Positions 1 through 9,064 of a stretch of DNA of 24,010 nt are shown piece after piece (the stretch's first letter is position 1; the number at the start of each line of letters is the position of its first letter). A program made the translations under genes and the position numbers. The stretch comes from a virus (Duplodnaviria; Heunggongvirae; Uroviricota; Caudoviricetes), in the IMG/VR virus record IMGVR_UViG_2684622581_000006; one strand, written 5' to 3'. The notes under the pieces were generated by a model. It was not told the origin of the DNA. It saw only the letters and a list, made by a program, of their open reading frames with translations, and did no database searches.

Positions 1-1062
1 TTCTCCCAAACCAAGATATGTGAGAAGACCAGCTACATCCTTTCCACTCAAATTGGTAAGCGTATTGTCCAGCGGTTGTTTACCTGCCAGCGCATTAAGC
101 ATTGTCGTGGCAAAGTTCGGATCATTCCCCAGTGCCGCCGCCAGTTCGTTCAGTGTATCCAGTGCAGCAGGTGCAGAACCCACCATTCCTGCAATCGCCG
201 ATTTCACAAAAGCCGTAGTGGCAATCTGTGTATTGTTGACCGACTGCGCCGCCGTGGGGGCTGTTGGCGTTCCGGTGAGTGCCGGACTCGACAACGGTGC
301 TTTTAGTGCCAGCGCATTGTTAATGGTGGTACTGAAATTCGGATCATTGTTAATGGCTGCGGCTATTTCTTTCAGCGTGTCCAGCGTGGCTGGCGCACCA
401 TTAATAAGGGCCGTCAGTGCCGCCTGTACAAACGCAGTGGTCGCAACCTGCGTGGTATTATTCCCCGCCGCTGGCGTTGGCGCTTTGGGGGTTCCGGTAA
501 ATGTCGGGCTGGCTTTTGGCGCGTACTGTGAATGCGGGTCCGGTGCGGCAAGATGTTTTGCCATCTGATCATCCGCGTACACCTTCAGCTCCAGTGCCTT
601 GTCATCCACATACTTGCGGGTTGCCAGCACTACAGCAGGGTCGATTTTCAGGGTGATATTGTCCGTGCTGCTGGTAATCAGCACCATGCGCACGGTCTGA
701 GTGCGCCCGCTACCTTCAGCCAGTTGCGGCTTATAGCTTTCCGGGCAGTTGCCCACGGCAATCAATGCCCCGGACTCATCAAACAAGCCCACTTCACGTA
801 TCCACCAACCGCCCTCGTTTTCAGGGATCACCTGTTCGGCAATAATCTGGCTGCTGTTCTGCGGGTCGATATAAAGCATATTCAGCGCAGCCCGGCGTTT
901 CTCATTTACCAGTGCCGTCTGCTTTGCGTCCGGCGTTGGCAATACTCCACCGCCATCGCCCACCGCCATATGGGTAATTTTTAGCGGCACACCGAGCGCG
1001 GCGGCGCTGGCAAGTTTCGCCGCGCCAATATCCGTCAGCAGGGTATAAAATTTTGTGCTCAT
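1..1062 (-). CDS. H: Tail fibre protein H, N-terminal ~353 codons; gene continues beyond window start
   Basis: Manual minus-strand translation from the ATG near 1062 gives MSTKFYTLLTDIGAAKLASAAALGVPLKITHMAVGDGGG..., recalled as the P2 gpH N-terminus. Downstream are two diverged ~70-aa repeats (NNTTQVATTAFV / NNTQIATTAFV, DPNF). Not in ORF track because the frame is open to the window edge. Plus-strand ORFs 20-568 and 532-984 are its antisense shadow. Confidence 0.8.
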   Translation of the reverse strand, partial: MSTKFYTLLTDIGAAKLASAAALGVPLKITHMAVGDGGGVLPTPDAKQTALVNEKRRAALNMLYIDPQNSSQIIAEQVIPENEGGWWIREVGLFDESGALIAVGNCPESYKPQLAEGSGRTQTVRMVLITSSTDNITLKIDPAVVLATRKYVDDKALELKVYADDQMAKHLAAPDPHSQYAPKASPTFTGTPKAPTPAAGNNTTQVATTAFVQAALTALINGAPATLDTLKEIAAAINNDPNFSTTINNALALKAPLSSPALTGTPTAPTAAQSVNNTQIATTAFVKSAIAGMVGSAPAALDTLNELAAALGNDPNFATTMLNALAGKQPLDNTLTNLSGKDVAGLLTYLGLGE

Positions 1063-1664
1063 GGATTCACTCTCATTGTGTCAATAACATGGACCGCCCC
1101 GCCTTCATGTGCGGTGCCACCGGAAATAATCGTTTCGTTGATATACGGATAGATCGTGATTTCTTCGCCAAGATAGCTGGCGGCTCCCACCCAATGCGGG
1201 CCGCTGGTCTGCAGATTGATGGACATGCCGATCATGTGGCGGCTACATGGTTTGGCATCGCTTATCAGTCGCTCAAGTTCCAGATAGGTATCTTCAGTGA
1301 TACCCTGGTCCTGCACGCCGATATCCAGGCTAAACGTGCCCGGTGTTTCTCCGGTCTGCCACCACTCAATAATGCGGATCAGGAATCCGAACGGTTCCAC
1401 CACTCGCCGCACGGCACTAGTGGTTCCTTTATGCTGATGAATATAAAAAGCATCCTTCACTACCTGGCGTTTGACGCTTTCTGTCCAGCCCTCGTCCCAG
1501 CGATCCACAGAGAACGCCCAGGCGAGATAAGGCAGGAAGCTGACCGGACAGGTAGCCGGATTCCACAAGTCACGCAGCGGCACCTGCAAATCAGAAATCC
1601 CGCTACAGGTTTGCGCCAGTCGGCGCTCCAGTGAAGTTGAACCCGGTGGCAGCAGACTATTCAT
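1059..1664 (-). CDS. I: Baseplate assembly protein I
   Basis: 201-aa ORF in the V-W-J-I-H order typical of the P2 late tail operon; overlaps the H start by 4 nt; sequence recalled as P2 gpI-like. Confidence 0.8.
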   Translation of the reverse strand: MNSLLPPGSTSLERRLAQTCSGISDLQVPLRDLWNPATCPVSFLPYLAWAFSVDRWDEGWTESVKRQVVKDAFYIHQHKGTTSAVRRVVEPFGFLIRIIEWWQTGETPGTFSLDIGVQDQGITEDTYLELERLISDAKPCSRHMIGMSINLQTSGPHWVGAASYLGEEITIYPYINETIISGGTAHEGGAVHVIDTMRVNP

Positions 1665-2565
1665 CCGTTCCTCCGTTGGTTACGCTCCACTGCGTACATG
1701 ATGCCGCCTGTGTTTTGTTCAGGACCACATCCGCCAGCGGAGAAGCCAGTTCCACACGTTGAACACCCTCAACATGCAGAGCAGCAAAGATGGCGCTACG
1801 GCGAATATCCCGACCAAGCCTCGTCTGGCTGGCAATGTACTTCTGCAGACTGGCTTTTGCCGCTGCCATTACCGGCTCTGCTTCCGGTCCCGGATAGAGA
1901 AAAATGGTGGCTTCCACGCGATACGGGATGATTTCTGCGCTGCGAACCGTAAGACGGTCAGCCACCGGGCGGACGTTCTCACTGTTCAGAGCTTTTTCCA
2001 CCACGTCCAGCAGGTCTTTTTCTGCAGTTCCATCGCCTTCGCGGCTAAGGACAGTCAGCACCACCTCTGCAGGTGCCGGGCTGGTTGCACTGGCATCCGC
2101 CACCCGACCGTCGGCGCTTCGGGCATGAAATTCATAAGCTGCAGTTGGCCCCGCAACTGAAAGCCCTTCAAAGGCTGCGGGCACACGCAGGCGTAACGCT
2201 TCATCGCTTTCCATCACAGCCGCAACGGGCGGCACAGCGTCATTATCAGCAGGCGTCACCGTCAGGCGTTTCACGTTGTAGTTGGCAGCGAGCTGGTCAA
2301 GATCGCCGCCCATCGCGTAAGCCACCATCACAGCCTGCGCGGCTTCGTTAATGCGCTGGCGCAGAAGCAACTCACGGTAAGCATTCTCCTGCAACAATTT
2401 GGTGACGGGTTCAGATTCCAGTTCCAGCGTGCGGATCACTGCTTCCTGCTCATCTTTCGGATGAAGCGCCACAAATTCTGCCTTGCGTTCGGTAAGCAGC
2501 GTCTCAAAGTCCGGCACATCCACAATCTGCGGCGCAGGCAACTGCGAAAGGTCAATCACTGCCAT
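1657..2565 (-). CDS. J: Baseplate assembly protein J
   Basis: ORF 1657-2604; likely real start at internal MAVIDLSQLPAP (about 302 aa, the size of P2 gpJ). Position between W and I. Confidence 0.8.
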   Translation of the reverse strand: MAVIDLSQLPAPQIVDVPDFETLLTERKAEFVALHPKDEQEAVIRTLELESEPVTKLLQENAYRELLLRQRINEAAQAVMVAYAMGGDLDQLAANYNVKRLTVTPADNDAVPPVAAVMESDEALRLRVPAAFEGLSVAGPTAAYEFHARSADGRVADASATSPAPAEVVLTVLSREGDGTAEKDLLDVVEKALNSENVRPVADRLTVRSAEIIPYRVEATIFLYPGPEAEPVMAAAKASLQKYIASQTRLGRDIRRSAIFAALHVEGVQRVELASPLADVVLNKTQAASCTQWSVTNGGTDE

Positions 2566-2911
2566 TCTCTGCTCCTGTTGATACGGAAAGGGACACAGGC
2601 ACACCGTTATTCCGCCGCCCGGTCAGCTCCACCACCATAGAACCGTCAAAGTTGCTGTTGATGGTGATGGAATCCAGCGTCAGCCGTGGCTCCCAGCGAC
2701 TCAGCGCCACATACACTGCCGACATGACCTGCAGGCGTAACGCCGGATTTTGTGGCTGGTCTATCAGTGCCGACAGCAGGGAACCATATTCCCGGCGGGC
2801 AATGCGGCTACCCTGCGGTGTCAGCAGAATGTCCCGCACCGACTGGCGCAGATGGTCAATATCAGTAATAGCTTTGCCGCTGGTATTGTTCATCCCGCTA
2901 TAAAGCGTCAT
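2552..2911 (-). CDS. W: Baseplate protein W (GPW/gp25-like)
   Basis: 119-aa ORF between V and J, overlapping both neighbours as in P2; size and position match gpW. Confidence 0.8.
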   Translation of the reverse strand: MTLYSGMNNTSGKAITDIDHLRQSVRDILLTPQGSRIARREYGSLLSALIDQPQNPALRLQVMSAVYVALSRWEPRLTLDSITINSNFDGSMVVELTGRRNNGVPVSLSVSTGAENGSD

Positions 2912-3486
2912 ACCGGGCCTCCGGTTGTGTCGCCGCCTTTCAGAACGCCAGTATGCTGATGCGCATCAACCACGATCCCGTTAGAACTCATCGCTCCGCC
3001 GCCCTGGGTAACGCCACCATTGATCACCACTTCGCTGTTAATACGCGTGCGGTCAGCCTCCAGCACAAACTCACTGGTTTTCAGGGTGATATTGTCGGCG
3101 GCCTCAATGACCATTGATTTGATGCCCCTGACATACCAGCGCCCGGTGGCTGGTTCGTATTCAAACCAGCCACCGTCAGGATGTTCTGTCACGCAGGCGT
3201 CCGCCGACGTCGACGGTGGTGCGAACTGATTCGAGTAGACAGCGGGCAGCGCAAAGGCGGTTTCCAGATTGCCGCCCAGACTCAGCAGCACCACCTGCTC
3301 ACCTTCCGATGGTCGCCACCATGTGCGGGCATTCCCGGCACGCAGCGTCAGCCAGCTAATCCAGTTGGTTTCAAGCTCGCCCGTTTTCACCCGGCAAAGC
3401 CAGTTCTCCCTGTCCACTTCGGTGACTACTCCTGTGCGGATCAGGTTGGTGATAAGGCGCATGATTTCGGTTAATTGTGCGTTCAT
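2908..3486 (-). CDS. V: Baseplate spike/assembly protein V
   Basis: 192-aa ORF, glycine-rich C-terminus (GGVTQGGGAMSSNG...TGGPV) as in P2 gpV; first gene of the V-W-J-I-H operon. Confidence 0.8.
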   Translation of the reverse strand: MNAQLTEIMRLITNLIRTGVVTEVDRENWLCRVKTGELETNWISWLTLRAGNARTWWRPSEGEQVVLLSLGGNLETAFALPAVYSNQFAPPSTSADACVTEHPDGGWFEYEPATGRWYVRGIKSMVIEAADNITLKTSEFVLEADRTRINSEVVINGGVTQGGGAMSSNGIVVDAHQHTGVLKGGDTTGGPV

Positions 3487-3532
3487 AGGGAAAGGTTGCC
3501 ATCAGGGGAAGAAAGCCGGCAGTGCTGCAACT

Positions 3533-3550
3533 TGTATCAGTGCTGATACA
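3533..3550. promoter_or_regulatory. Candidate late-promoter activator site (Ogr/Delta-type TGT-N12-ACA dyad) upstream of V
   Basis: Perfect dyad TGTATCAG-TG-CTGATACA in the S-V intergenic region, about 55 bp upstream of the V start codon; matches the TGT-N12-ACA consensus of P2-family late promoters. Coordinates +/- 2 bp. Confidence 0.5.
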
Positions 3551-3554
3551 AAGA

Positions 3555-4001
3555 TCACCCCGCCAGCCATTGCAGAATCATGTCGCGGGTCATTGCCTCA
3601 ACATCATCATTTACACCCAGAAGGCGACGCTCTGCGTACCGGACCTCTGGTCCTTTGCGACTGACGCGATCACGCAGGCCATAATGGTGAACGCGGGCAA
3701 TGCGCTGCACCTTACCTTCAAACTGCACGCTGGCAGAATCGGCGCTGGCGGCAGTTTTCAGGTATTTGATGGTGCGCAGCTTTGTAAACATCTGACGTTT
3801 GATGCGACCCTTTTTGCTGCGTGCTGTTACTCGCCTCGGTTCATAGCTGCTGCCATCAGGATTGCGTTGCATCCTGATGTTCTGCTGCTGTGCCCGGCGC
3901 AGTTCCTGCGCCAGCTGGCGCATCATGCGGCTTCTGGCGGCTGGCTCCAGATTCGCCAGCAAAGCACTCAGCCAGTCGTCCACCTTCTGCAGTTCAGCCA
4001 C
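3555..4001 (-). CDS. S: Tail completion protein S
   Basis: 148-aa ORF, size and position match P2 gpS; overlaps R end. Confidence 0.8.
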   Translation of the reverse strand: MAELQKVDDWLSALLANLEPAARSRMMRQLAQELRRAQQQNIRMQRNPDGSSYEPRRVTARSKKGRIKRQMFTKLRTIKYLKTAASADSASVQFEGKVQRIARVHHYGLRDRVSRKGPEVRYAERRLLGVNDDVEAMTRDMILQWLAG

Positions 4002-4446
4002 GTTTCACCGTCCACATTTCTTCAGGTTCATCAGGTTCCGCTACAGCTTCAACACGCGACACACTGCCGTCAGTGCTGACCAGCACACGCTCCGTCAGTT
4101 GCAGGTTAAGGCTGATATCACAGACATCGTTGCGCAGAATATCTACCTCAAAGGTGAATAGTTTTTCCCGTAACGCCGGGTTATTGATGGCATCGGGCTG
4201 GTTATCACGCAGCCACAGCAAAACCGGGGCCATCAGCAGATTCTGGTCGCCGCTGAAATCCTCAATCACCACGTTGAGGGTATAACGGTACTCCCATGAC
4301 ATGGAGCTGGCCCCCGTGGCAACCAGCGAACCGTTATCCACAAACAGATGCAGTTTGTCCGGGTTATTGCGGACATAAGGCACTGCTTTATTGAGGGCGT
4401 GGCGCAGGGACTGTGGTTTGTTCACTGTTTCGCTCCTGACACGCAA
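3994..4446 (-). CDS. R: Tail completion protein R
   Basis: 150-aa ORF following the lysis genes as in P2; the true start may be a few codons downstream (the track allows non-ATG starts). Confidence 0.75.
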   Translation of the reverse strand: MRVRSETVNKPQSLRHALNKAVPYVRNNPDKLHLFVDNGSLVATGASSMSWEYRYTLNVVIEDFSGDQNLLMAPVLLWLRDNQPDAINNPALREKLFTFEVDILRNDVCDISLNLQLTERVLVSTDGSVSRVEAVAEPDEPEEMWTVKRG

Positions 4447-4678
4447 TAATCATGTCCACTTTGTCTGCACAGACCGCCCAGGCGGCCTCCGTTTCATCCA
4501 GCAATGCGTTCAGATCACCGTTAGTGCGCGGCGCTGCCTGCTCCAGCCGACACGGCGTCACTCGCGGACAACCACTGACGGTAAGCTGCACCTCCGGTGA
4601 GTGCCGGACGTTCCCGCAGCCGGATAATGTCAGCAGGCAAAGGAGTATCAGCCCAGCGGCGTAAATCCTCGTTCTCAC
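4388..4678 (-). CDS. lysC: LysC-like o-spanin (Rz1-type outer-membrane lipoprotein)
   Basis: 96-aa ORF in an alternative frame over the 3' end of lysB, with a lipobox-like LTLSGC signal sequence, as P2 LysC. Confidence 0.55.
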   Translation of the reverse strand: MRTRIYAAGLILLCLLTLSGCGNVRHSPEVQLTVSGCPRVTPCRLEQAAPRTNGDLNALLDETEAAWAVCADKVDMIIACQERNSEQTTVPAPRPQ

Positions 4679-4949
4679 GTTTCAGTTCCTCGATCCGGCG
4701 TTGTCGTTGTCTCAGCAGTGCGCTGGTCTGTCCTGCTTCGGCGTAGAGCCGCGCCTGCTCCCGGTTGTTGGTTTCAGCCAGAATGGACAGACCGATCAGC
4801 TGGCTGTTTTTCTTCGTCAGTTCTTGCGCTTTACTTTTCAGCGCCGCGCGCTGCGTTTCGATGGTGTGGCTGGCGCTGTTAAGCCGCCACGACTGCCAGC
4901 CCAGCGCAACGAATGCCAGCGCCACCACTACTGCCAGCGCACGCGTCAT
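4521..4949 (-). CDS. lysB: LysB-like i-spanin (Rz-type)
   Basis: 142 aa, N-terminal TM segment (ALAVVVALAFVALGW) followed by a charged coiled-coil-like region; immediately downstream of the endolysin. Confidence 0.7.
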   Translation of the reverse strand: MTRALAVVVALAFVALGWQSWRLNSASHTIETQRAALKSKAQELTKKNSQLIGLSILAETNNREQARLYAEAGQTSALLRQRQRRIEELKRENEDLRRWADTPLPADIIRLRERPALTGGAAYRQWLSASDAVSAGAGSAAH

Positions 4950-5461
4950 AGTCCAGCTCCTTTAAGGCACCAGGCCATCTCCCGCGCACGGCGGTTATCC
5001 AGCCCCTGATTAAACACACCTTTTACATACACCCAGCGCGGCAACTGTCGGCACGCATCCGCCCAGCGCCGCTGATTGAGTAATTTCACCAGTGTGGAAC
5101 TGCAGGCATTGCCCGTTCCCACGTTGAAGGCAAACGACACCGTAGCGTCATATACCTTCTGCGGCGGCTGTTGCTTCACACACCTTTCCAGCGCCCGCTC
5201 CACACGCAGCACGTTGGAAATCAGCCCTTCTGCTGCCTGTCGTTCCGTGATTGTTTTGCCGGGAATGACGCCTGACGTATTACCAATGCCGTCGGTCCAG
5301 ACACCAGCGCTGCACTGATACGGCTGCAGACGACAACCTTCGTAATCGGCAATCAGTTTCAGCCCCTCCACGGAGGTGTGAAGCTGCTGAAAACCCGGCA
5401 GCGTGGCAGCAATAGCCAGCACGGTCCCGACAAGGCAGCGTTTAACGATTGATGGATTCAT
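4946..5461 (-). CDS. Endolysin, T4-lysozyme-like (GH24) with probable N-terminal SAR domain
   Basis: 171 aa; E-x8-D-x5-T catalytic spacing in EGLKLIADYEGCRLQPYQCSAGVWTDGIGNT; Gly/Ala-rich hydrophobic N-terminus (CLVGTVLAIAATL) typical of signal-anchor-release endolysins. Confidence 0.8.
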   Translation of the reverse strand: MNPSIVKRCLVGTVLAIAATLPGFQQLHTSVEGLKLIADYEGCRLQPYQCSAGVWTDGIGNTSGVIPGKTITERQAAEGLISNVLRVERALERCVKQQPPQKVYDATVSFAFNVGTGNACSSTLVKLLNQRRWADACRQLPRWVYVKGVFNQGLDNRRAREMAWCLKGAGL

Positions 5462-5657
5462 AGTCCTCCCGCGAGATCTGCCCGTCGCGCAGAAGCTGGT
5501 AGGCTTTGTGTTTGTAGTACCAGTTGATAGCCAGCATCAGCACACCAATCATCAGGCCGCCCAGCGTTGAGGCATCCTTGATGGACAAATCGCCCAGCCA
5601 GGCCAGCACGACGGCGATGCAATACGTGATAAAGGCGCTGATTCGCTCAAGCGTCAT
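5442..5657 (-). CDS. Holin, class II / pinholin-like (two TM segments)
   Basis: 71 aa, two hydrophobic segments (ISAFITYCIAVVLAWLG; LGGLMIGVLMLAINWYY) and a charged C-terminus; directly upstream of and overlapping the endolysin. Confidence 0.6.
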   Translation of the reverse strand: MTLERISAFITYCIAVVLAWLGDLSIKDASTLGGLMIGVLMLAINWYYKHKAYQLLRDGQISREDYESINR

Positions 5658-5660
5658 AAT

Positions 5661-5864
5661 TCAGTCCCATAGCTGGACGGTCTGCACGGTGGTGGTGGTC
5701 GGAATGTCCGGCAGCTCCACCTGCAGCCCGTGAGGTAAAAAGGGGCCGTATTCGGCAAGCCCCGGATTTGCCTTCAGTACCTGCTCCGTGACACCCTGCG
5801 TGCGCCCGTAATGACGCCAGCAAAGCGCGTCCACCGTGTCATACTGATGCGCACGCACTTTCAT
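5661..5864 (-). CDS. X: Tail protein X
   Basis: 67 aa, same length and position as P2 gpX (between L and the holin). Confidence 0.75.
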   Translation of the reverse strand: MKVRAHQYDTVDALCWRHYGRTQGVTEQVLKANPGLAEYGPFLPHGLQVELPDIPTTTTVQTVQLWD

Positions 5865-6328
5865 CAGATAAGCTCCACTGTGCAGTGCGGCGCGTCCTGT
5901 ACCCGGCTGATGGCCCAGCGGGCGTCACGCCACAAATCACCGCTGGCTTCTGCCAGTTCCTCGCCCCGCTTCACACCGGATGCCGTGGTGTCATAGTCCT
6001 GGTATCGTTCGTTGAGCATGGCGCGTGCCCAACAGTAAACCGCGTTGAAATAGTGCTGAATGCGCTCACTTTTGCCGTCCAGCTGTTCCGCCGGAACCTC
6101 TGCCAGCGAGGCATACCCCAGCACCTGCTGGCGCCTGCGAAACTCATACAGCTCTGCGTTGACCTCCGAAATTGCCGACAGCGCAACCTGCTTTAAACGC
6201 GGCTGCGTCACCGTGCCGTCAGTGCGCATCACACTGCGAAACTCCGACAGGTCCACATCAGGCCAGAACGGCGTATTTCTGATGATTTCCGCCTGTTCCG
6301 GTGCCTGTTCTGGCGCAACAAACTTCAT
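5864..6328 (-). CDS. L: Head completion/stabilisation protein L
   Basis: ORF 5864-6391; internal start MKFVAPEQ (about 6328) is preceded by AGGAGAAA about 7 nt upstream. Position after M as in P2. Confidence 0.75.
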   Translation of the reverse strand: MKFVAPEQAPEQAEIIRNTPFWPDVDLSEFRSVMRTDGTVTQPRLKQVALSAISEVNAELYEFRRRQQVLGYASLAEVPAEQLDGKSERIQHYFNAVYCWARAMLNERYQDYDTTASGVKRGEELAEASGDLWRDARWAISRVQDAPHCTVELI

Positions 6329-6423
6329 GCTGCTTTCTCCTGAAATAGAGGGCGGTGGACGGGATTTTGATGTGGCAGTGCCTTTCGCCACCCCGTGCCG
6401 CCCGTGCGCGGGGGCACGTTCTG

Positions 6424-7074
6424 TCAGCGGCTGTCATTGCGCAGTCTGCGCTCCAGCTGCTGTTTGTCTTTTTTCACGCCACAGCGGGGATCGAGCTGTA
6501 ACGCATGGTTGAGATGATTAAGGGCGGACGCCGGATTGCTTTCACTCAGGACCGCGCCAATCGCTTTATGCAGACGTGCCCGTGACTGGTCCGGCATATC
6601 CAGACCGTCTGTCAGCTCCAGCGTCTGCAGCAACAGATCGGCATCAAAGCCGGTGGCGGCAAGCATTGCGCTCTGGGCTGCGTCTGCCATTTCCTCTGCC
6701 AGCACGGTCTGCACGTTGCGGTTACCCAGCGGCATCACCCAGCCATGACGCAGGGCATGACGCCCGATCTCCAGCGCCCCGGCATAATCTCCGGCATCAA
6801 TGCGCCACAGCATCACGTACATCAGCACGTCATCCTGTTGCGCGCCTCCGGCAGCCAGGACACCCTCCGCCCAGGCGGCGTACTTCGGCAGCAGCTCCAC
6901 CTTGATTTCCGCTTTTTTGACCGTGGACTGAACGCCCTTGAGACGGCGGCGGTCTTCCGCCAGTTGCAGCAGCATCAGGTCATAGCCCGACGCGTGGCGA
7001 ACACTGCCGCCCTCGCGGGCGGCCTGTTCAGCCTGAACGCGCAGGCGATGCTGCCGTGCGGGACTCAGGCTCAT
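6424..7074 (-). CDS. M: Terminase endonuclease (small) subunit M
   Basis: 216-aa ORF between N and L, as P2 gpM. Confidence 0.8.
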   Translation of the reverse strand: MSLSPARQHRLRVQAEQAAREGGSVRHASGYDLMLLQLAEDRRRLKGVQSTVKKAEIKVELLPKYAAWAEGVLAAGGAQQDDVLMYVMLWRIDAGDYAGALEIGRHALRHGWVMPLGNRNVQTVLAEEMADAAQSAMLAATGFDADLLLQTLELTDGLDMPDQSRARLHKAIGAVLSESNPASALNHLNHALQLDPRCGVKKDKQQLERRLRNDSR

Positions 7075-7077
7075 GAA

Positions 7078-8136
7078 TTACGCTCCGGTTTCTGCTGCAG
7101 CGGTGCTGAAATCGCCAATCTGGATGTTTTCCACCAGTGCGGCGCAGCGGTAGTCCTCAACCACATAGGCTTCGTTAACAGATTCAAAGTTTTCAATCCG
7201 GTCACGTTTCGGGTTGTCAATAACTGAACGGCGGCGGGTGTCTTCCTGCCAGTAGATGGACAGGTTATCCAGACGGGTGATCAGCAGCGCATTCGGCGGG
7301 AAGAACGGCGCACGCACGGCCTGCAGGCCCCCCATGCGTTTCTGACTGATGATCATATCGGCAGCCAGTTTTTCACTGTTTTCCTGCTCTTTGTTGACCA
7401 GCGGGAAATACTTGTCAGACAGCAGTTCACGCCCGCAAATCACCACCAGATCGTCATCGTCCTGGTAAACCACGTCGATAAGCTCATTGACGGCATCCAT
7501 CACTACGGCGTCCAGGTTGGCATATTCGCCACCTTTCCCGACTTTCACCGCACCCGGTGTGGTTTCACCACCCGTGGTGGTGCTGCCCATGACGTGATCC
7601 GGTGCATCCTCACGGATTTTCTGCAGCCAGCCTTTATTCACATCCTGCAGCAGCGGGTTTTCGCTACGGTTGGAGGTTTTCGCACGCTTCACGCCGTTAA
7701 AGCCGATCATGATGCGGTCCAGTGCCTGACGTTTCACGATGGCGTCACGGATACGCACCTGGAAATCCTGAAACTTCGCCCACAGGTCCAGCTTCGCGTA
7801 GGTCAGTACCGTGTCAAAGTTGGTCTGCTCGCATTTGTATTCCACATCGACCATCAGCGTAGGATCGACAGGTTCACGCTCTTTCGCGGTGGTGTCAGTG
7901 GTTCCGGCAATGGTGCTACCAACACCCAACCCCAGCAGCTGACCGGACTGCTCAGTCACTGGCGTGACGTTAATCAGCGTCAGGAAAGCGGCGGACTGTT
8001 GGATCTGGTCTTCCAGCGTCTGCTGTACAGACGGCTCCACGGTGAACTTGCTGGACAGTTCTTCAACTGCCACACCGTTCAGACGCGCCAGCTGCTGCAG
8101 GTAAGCGTTAAAAGCAAAGCGGGTATTCTTCTTCAT
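7078..8136 (-). CDS. N: Major capsid protein N
   Basis: 352 aa; strong recalled similarity to P2 gpN along the length (TRFAFNAYL..., KYECEQ.NFD, GFNGVKRA.TS.RS.NP.LQDV, ISQKR.G.L.AVR, DYVVEDY, GDFSTAA). Confidence 0.9.
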   Translation of the reverse strand: MKKNTRFAFNAYLQQLARLNGVAVEELSSKFTVEPSVQQTLEDQIQQSAAFLTLINVTPVTEQSGQLLGLGVGSTIAGTTDTTAKEREPVDPTLMVDVEYKCEQTNFDTVLTYAKLDLWAKFQDFQVRIRDAIVKRQALDRIMIGFNGVKRAKTSNRSENPLLQDVNKGWLQKIREDAPDHVMGSTTTGGETTPGAVKVGKGGEYANLDAVVMDAVNELIDVVYQDDDDLVVICGRELLSDKYFPLVNKEQENSEKLAADMIISQKRMGGLQAVRAPFFPPNALLITRLDNLSIYWQEDTRRRSVIDNPKRDRIENFESVNEAYVVEDYRCAALVENIQIGDFSTAAAETGA

Positions 8137-8152
8137 CAGGTTTTGTGCTCCA

Positions 8153-8986
8153 TCAGCAATTGGTCAGAGTGTCAGCGGGGGCGTTACCGCCTGTTGCACG
8201 CTGGCGGTAGTCCTGGCGGCTGTCTTCATGACTCAGCTTATTCACCAGTTCTTTAAAGGCGGTTTGCTGCTCCTGCAGAGCAGTCTCCAGCTCAGACAGG
8301 CGTTCTTCCTGTTCAGCCAGGGATTTTTCGGTGCGGGTGCTCAGGTTCTGCTGCTCAGTGGCGACCAGCTCCACGGCCTTATGCACATCAGAGAACCGGG
8401 CATCGTCTGACTGCTCTTTTTTGGTGAACAGCGCCGTGACGCGGGCAAACAGGGACGGTTTGTCATCCTGGACTTCTTCCAGTTCGATCACCGTTTCCTC
8501 TGCAGCGGTAAAAAGATTGGCGGGATTCTGCTTGCGGTTTGCCAACGGGTTATGGGCTGCACTGGCGCTGAATGTCAGCATTTCCGTACCCAGACTGGCT
8601 GGATCATCAGTGGCAGCCAGGCCAACCAGGTAGGCTTTGCCCGTATCAGCGAACTTCGGGCTGACTTCCATAGAGGTGAATAATTTCTGGCCTTTTTTCA
8701 CCAGCTCCACCAGGGACTCCGTTGGCTCAACGTCGGCATACAGCGCCATCTTGCCTGCCAGCGGGCCTTCCGTGATTTCTTCAGCAAACAGCGCCGTCAC
8801 CTTGCCGTAGCGGTTAAAGGTGCTGTCCGGCAGATAAGACTTAATGTGCTCAAGGTTAATCAGCGCGGTATACACTGCGGGGTTGTAGCTGGCTGCCATC
8901 TGTTCCAGCCATTCACGCTGGATTTCGCGTCCGTCGGTGGTGGCACCTTCCACCCCGATGCGAAAACGCTTTGCTTTCACTGTCAT
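8153..8986 (-). CDS. O: Capsid scaffolding protein O
   Basis: 277 aa, first gene of the O-N-M-L operon; GGAG about 9 nt upstream of the start; acidic coiled-coil C-terminal half typical of scaffolds. Confidence 0.85.
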   Translation of the reverse strand: MTVKAKRFRIGVEGATTDGREIQREWLEQMAASYNPAVYTALINLEHIKSYLPDSTFNRYGKVTALFAEEITEGPLAGKMALYADVEPTESLVELVKKGQKLFTSMEVSPKFADTGKAYLVGLAATDDPASLGTEMLTFSASAAHNPLANRKQNPANLFTAAEETVIELEEVQDDKPSLFARVTALFTKKEQSDDARFSDVHKAVELVATEQQNLSTRTEKSLAEQEERLSELETALQEQQTAFKELVNKLSHEDSRQDYRQRATGGNAPADTLTNC

Positions 8987-9064
8987 GAGCCGTGCTCCGT
9001 TAGAAAAAACTTACTGGAGCCTTATGGTTGCGGTGATGAGGGCAGTGAAACAATGCGCGGTATT

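Noticed and set aside
20-984. Plus-strand ORFs 20-568 (182 aa) and 532-984 (150 aa)
   Set aside because: They lie antisense to the tail fibre H coding sequence, which gives a clear P2 gpH-like translation on the minus strand. The plus-frame products are low-complexity Ala/Ser/Val-rich or Cys/His/Arg-rich shadows of the repeat-rich gene.
1053-1634. Plus-strand ORF 1053-1634 (193 aa)
   Set aside because: Antisense to baseplate gene I, which has the expected size and synteny; no independent signal.
6424-7227. Plus-strand ORFs 6536-6748, 6576-6905 and 6745-7227
   Set aside because: All antisense to the terminase small subunit gene M or the N 3' end; Arg/Pro-rich low-complexity translations typical of out-of-frame GC-rich sequence.
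7594-8256. Plus-strand ORF 7594-8256 (220 aa)
   Set aside because: Antisense to the 3' part of the major capsid gene N and the start of O; the capsid frame matches P2 gpN convincingly.
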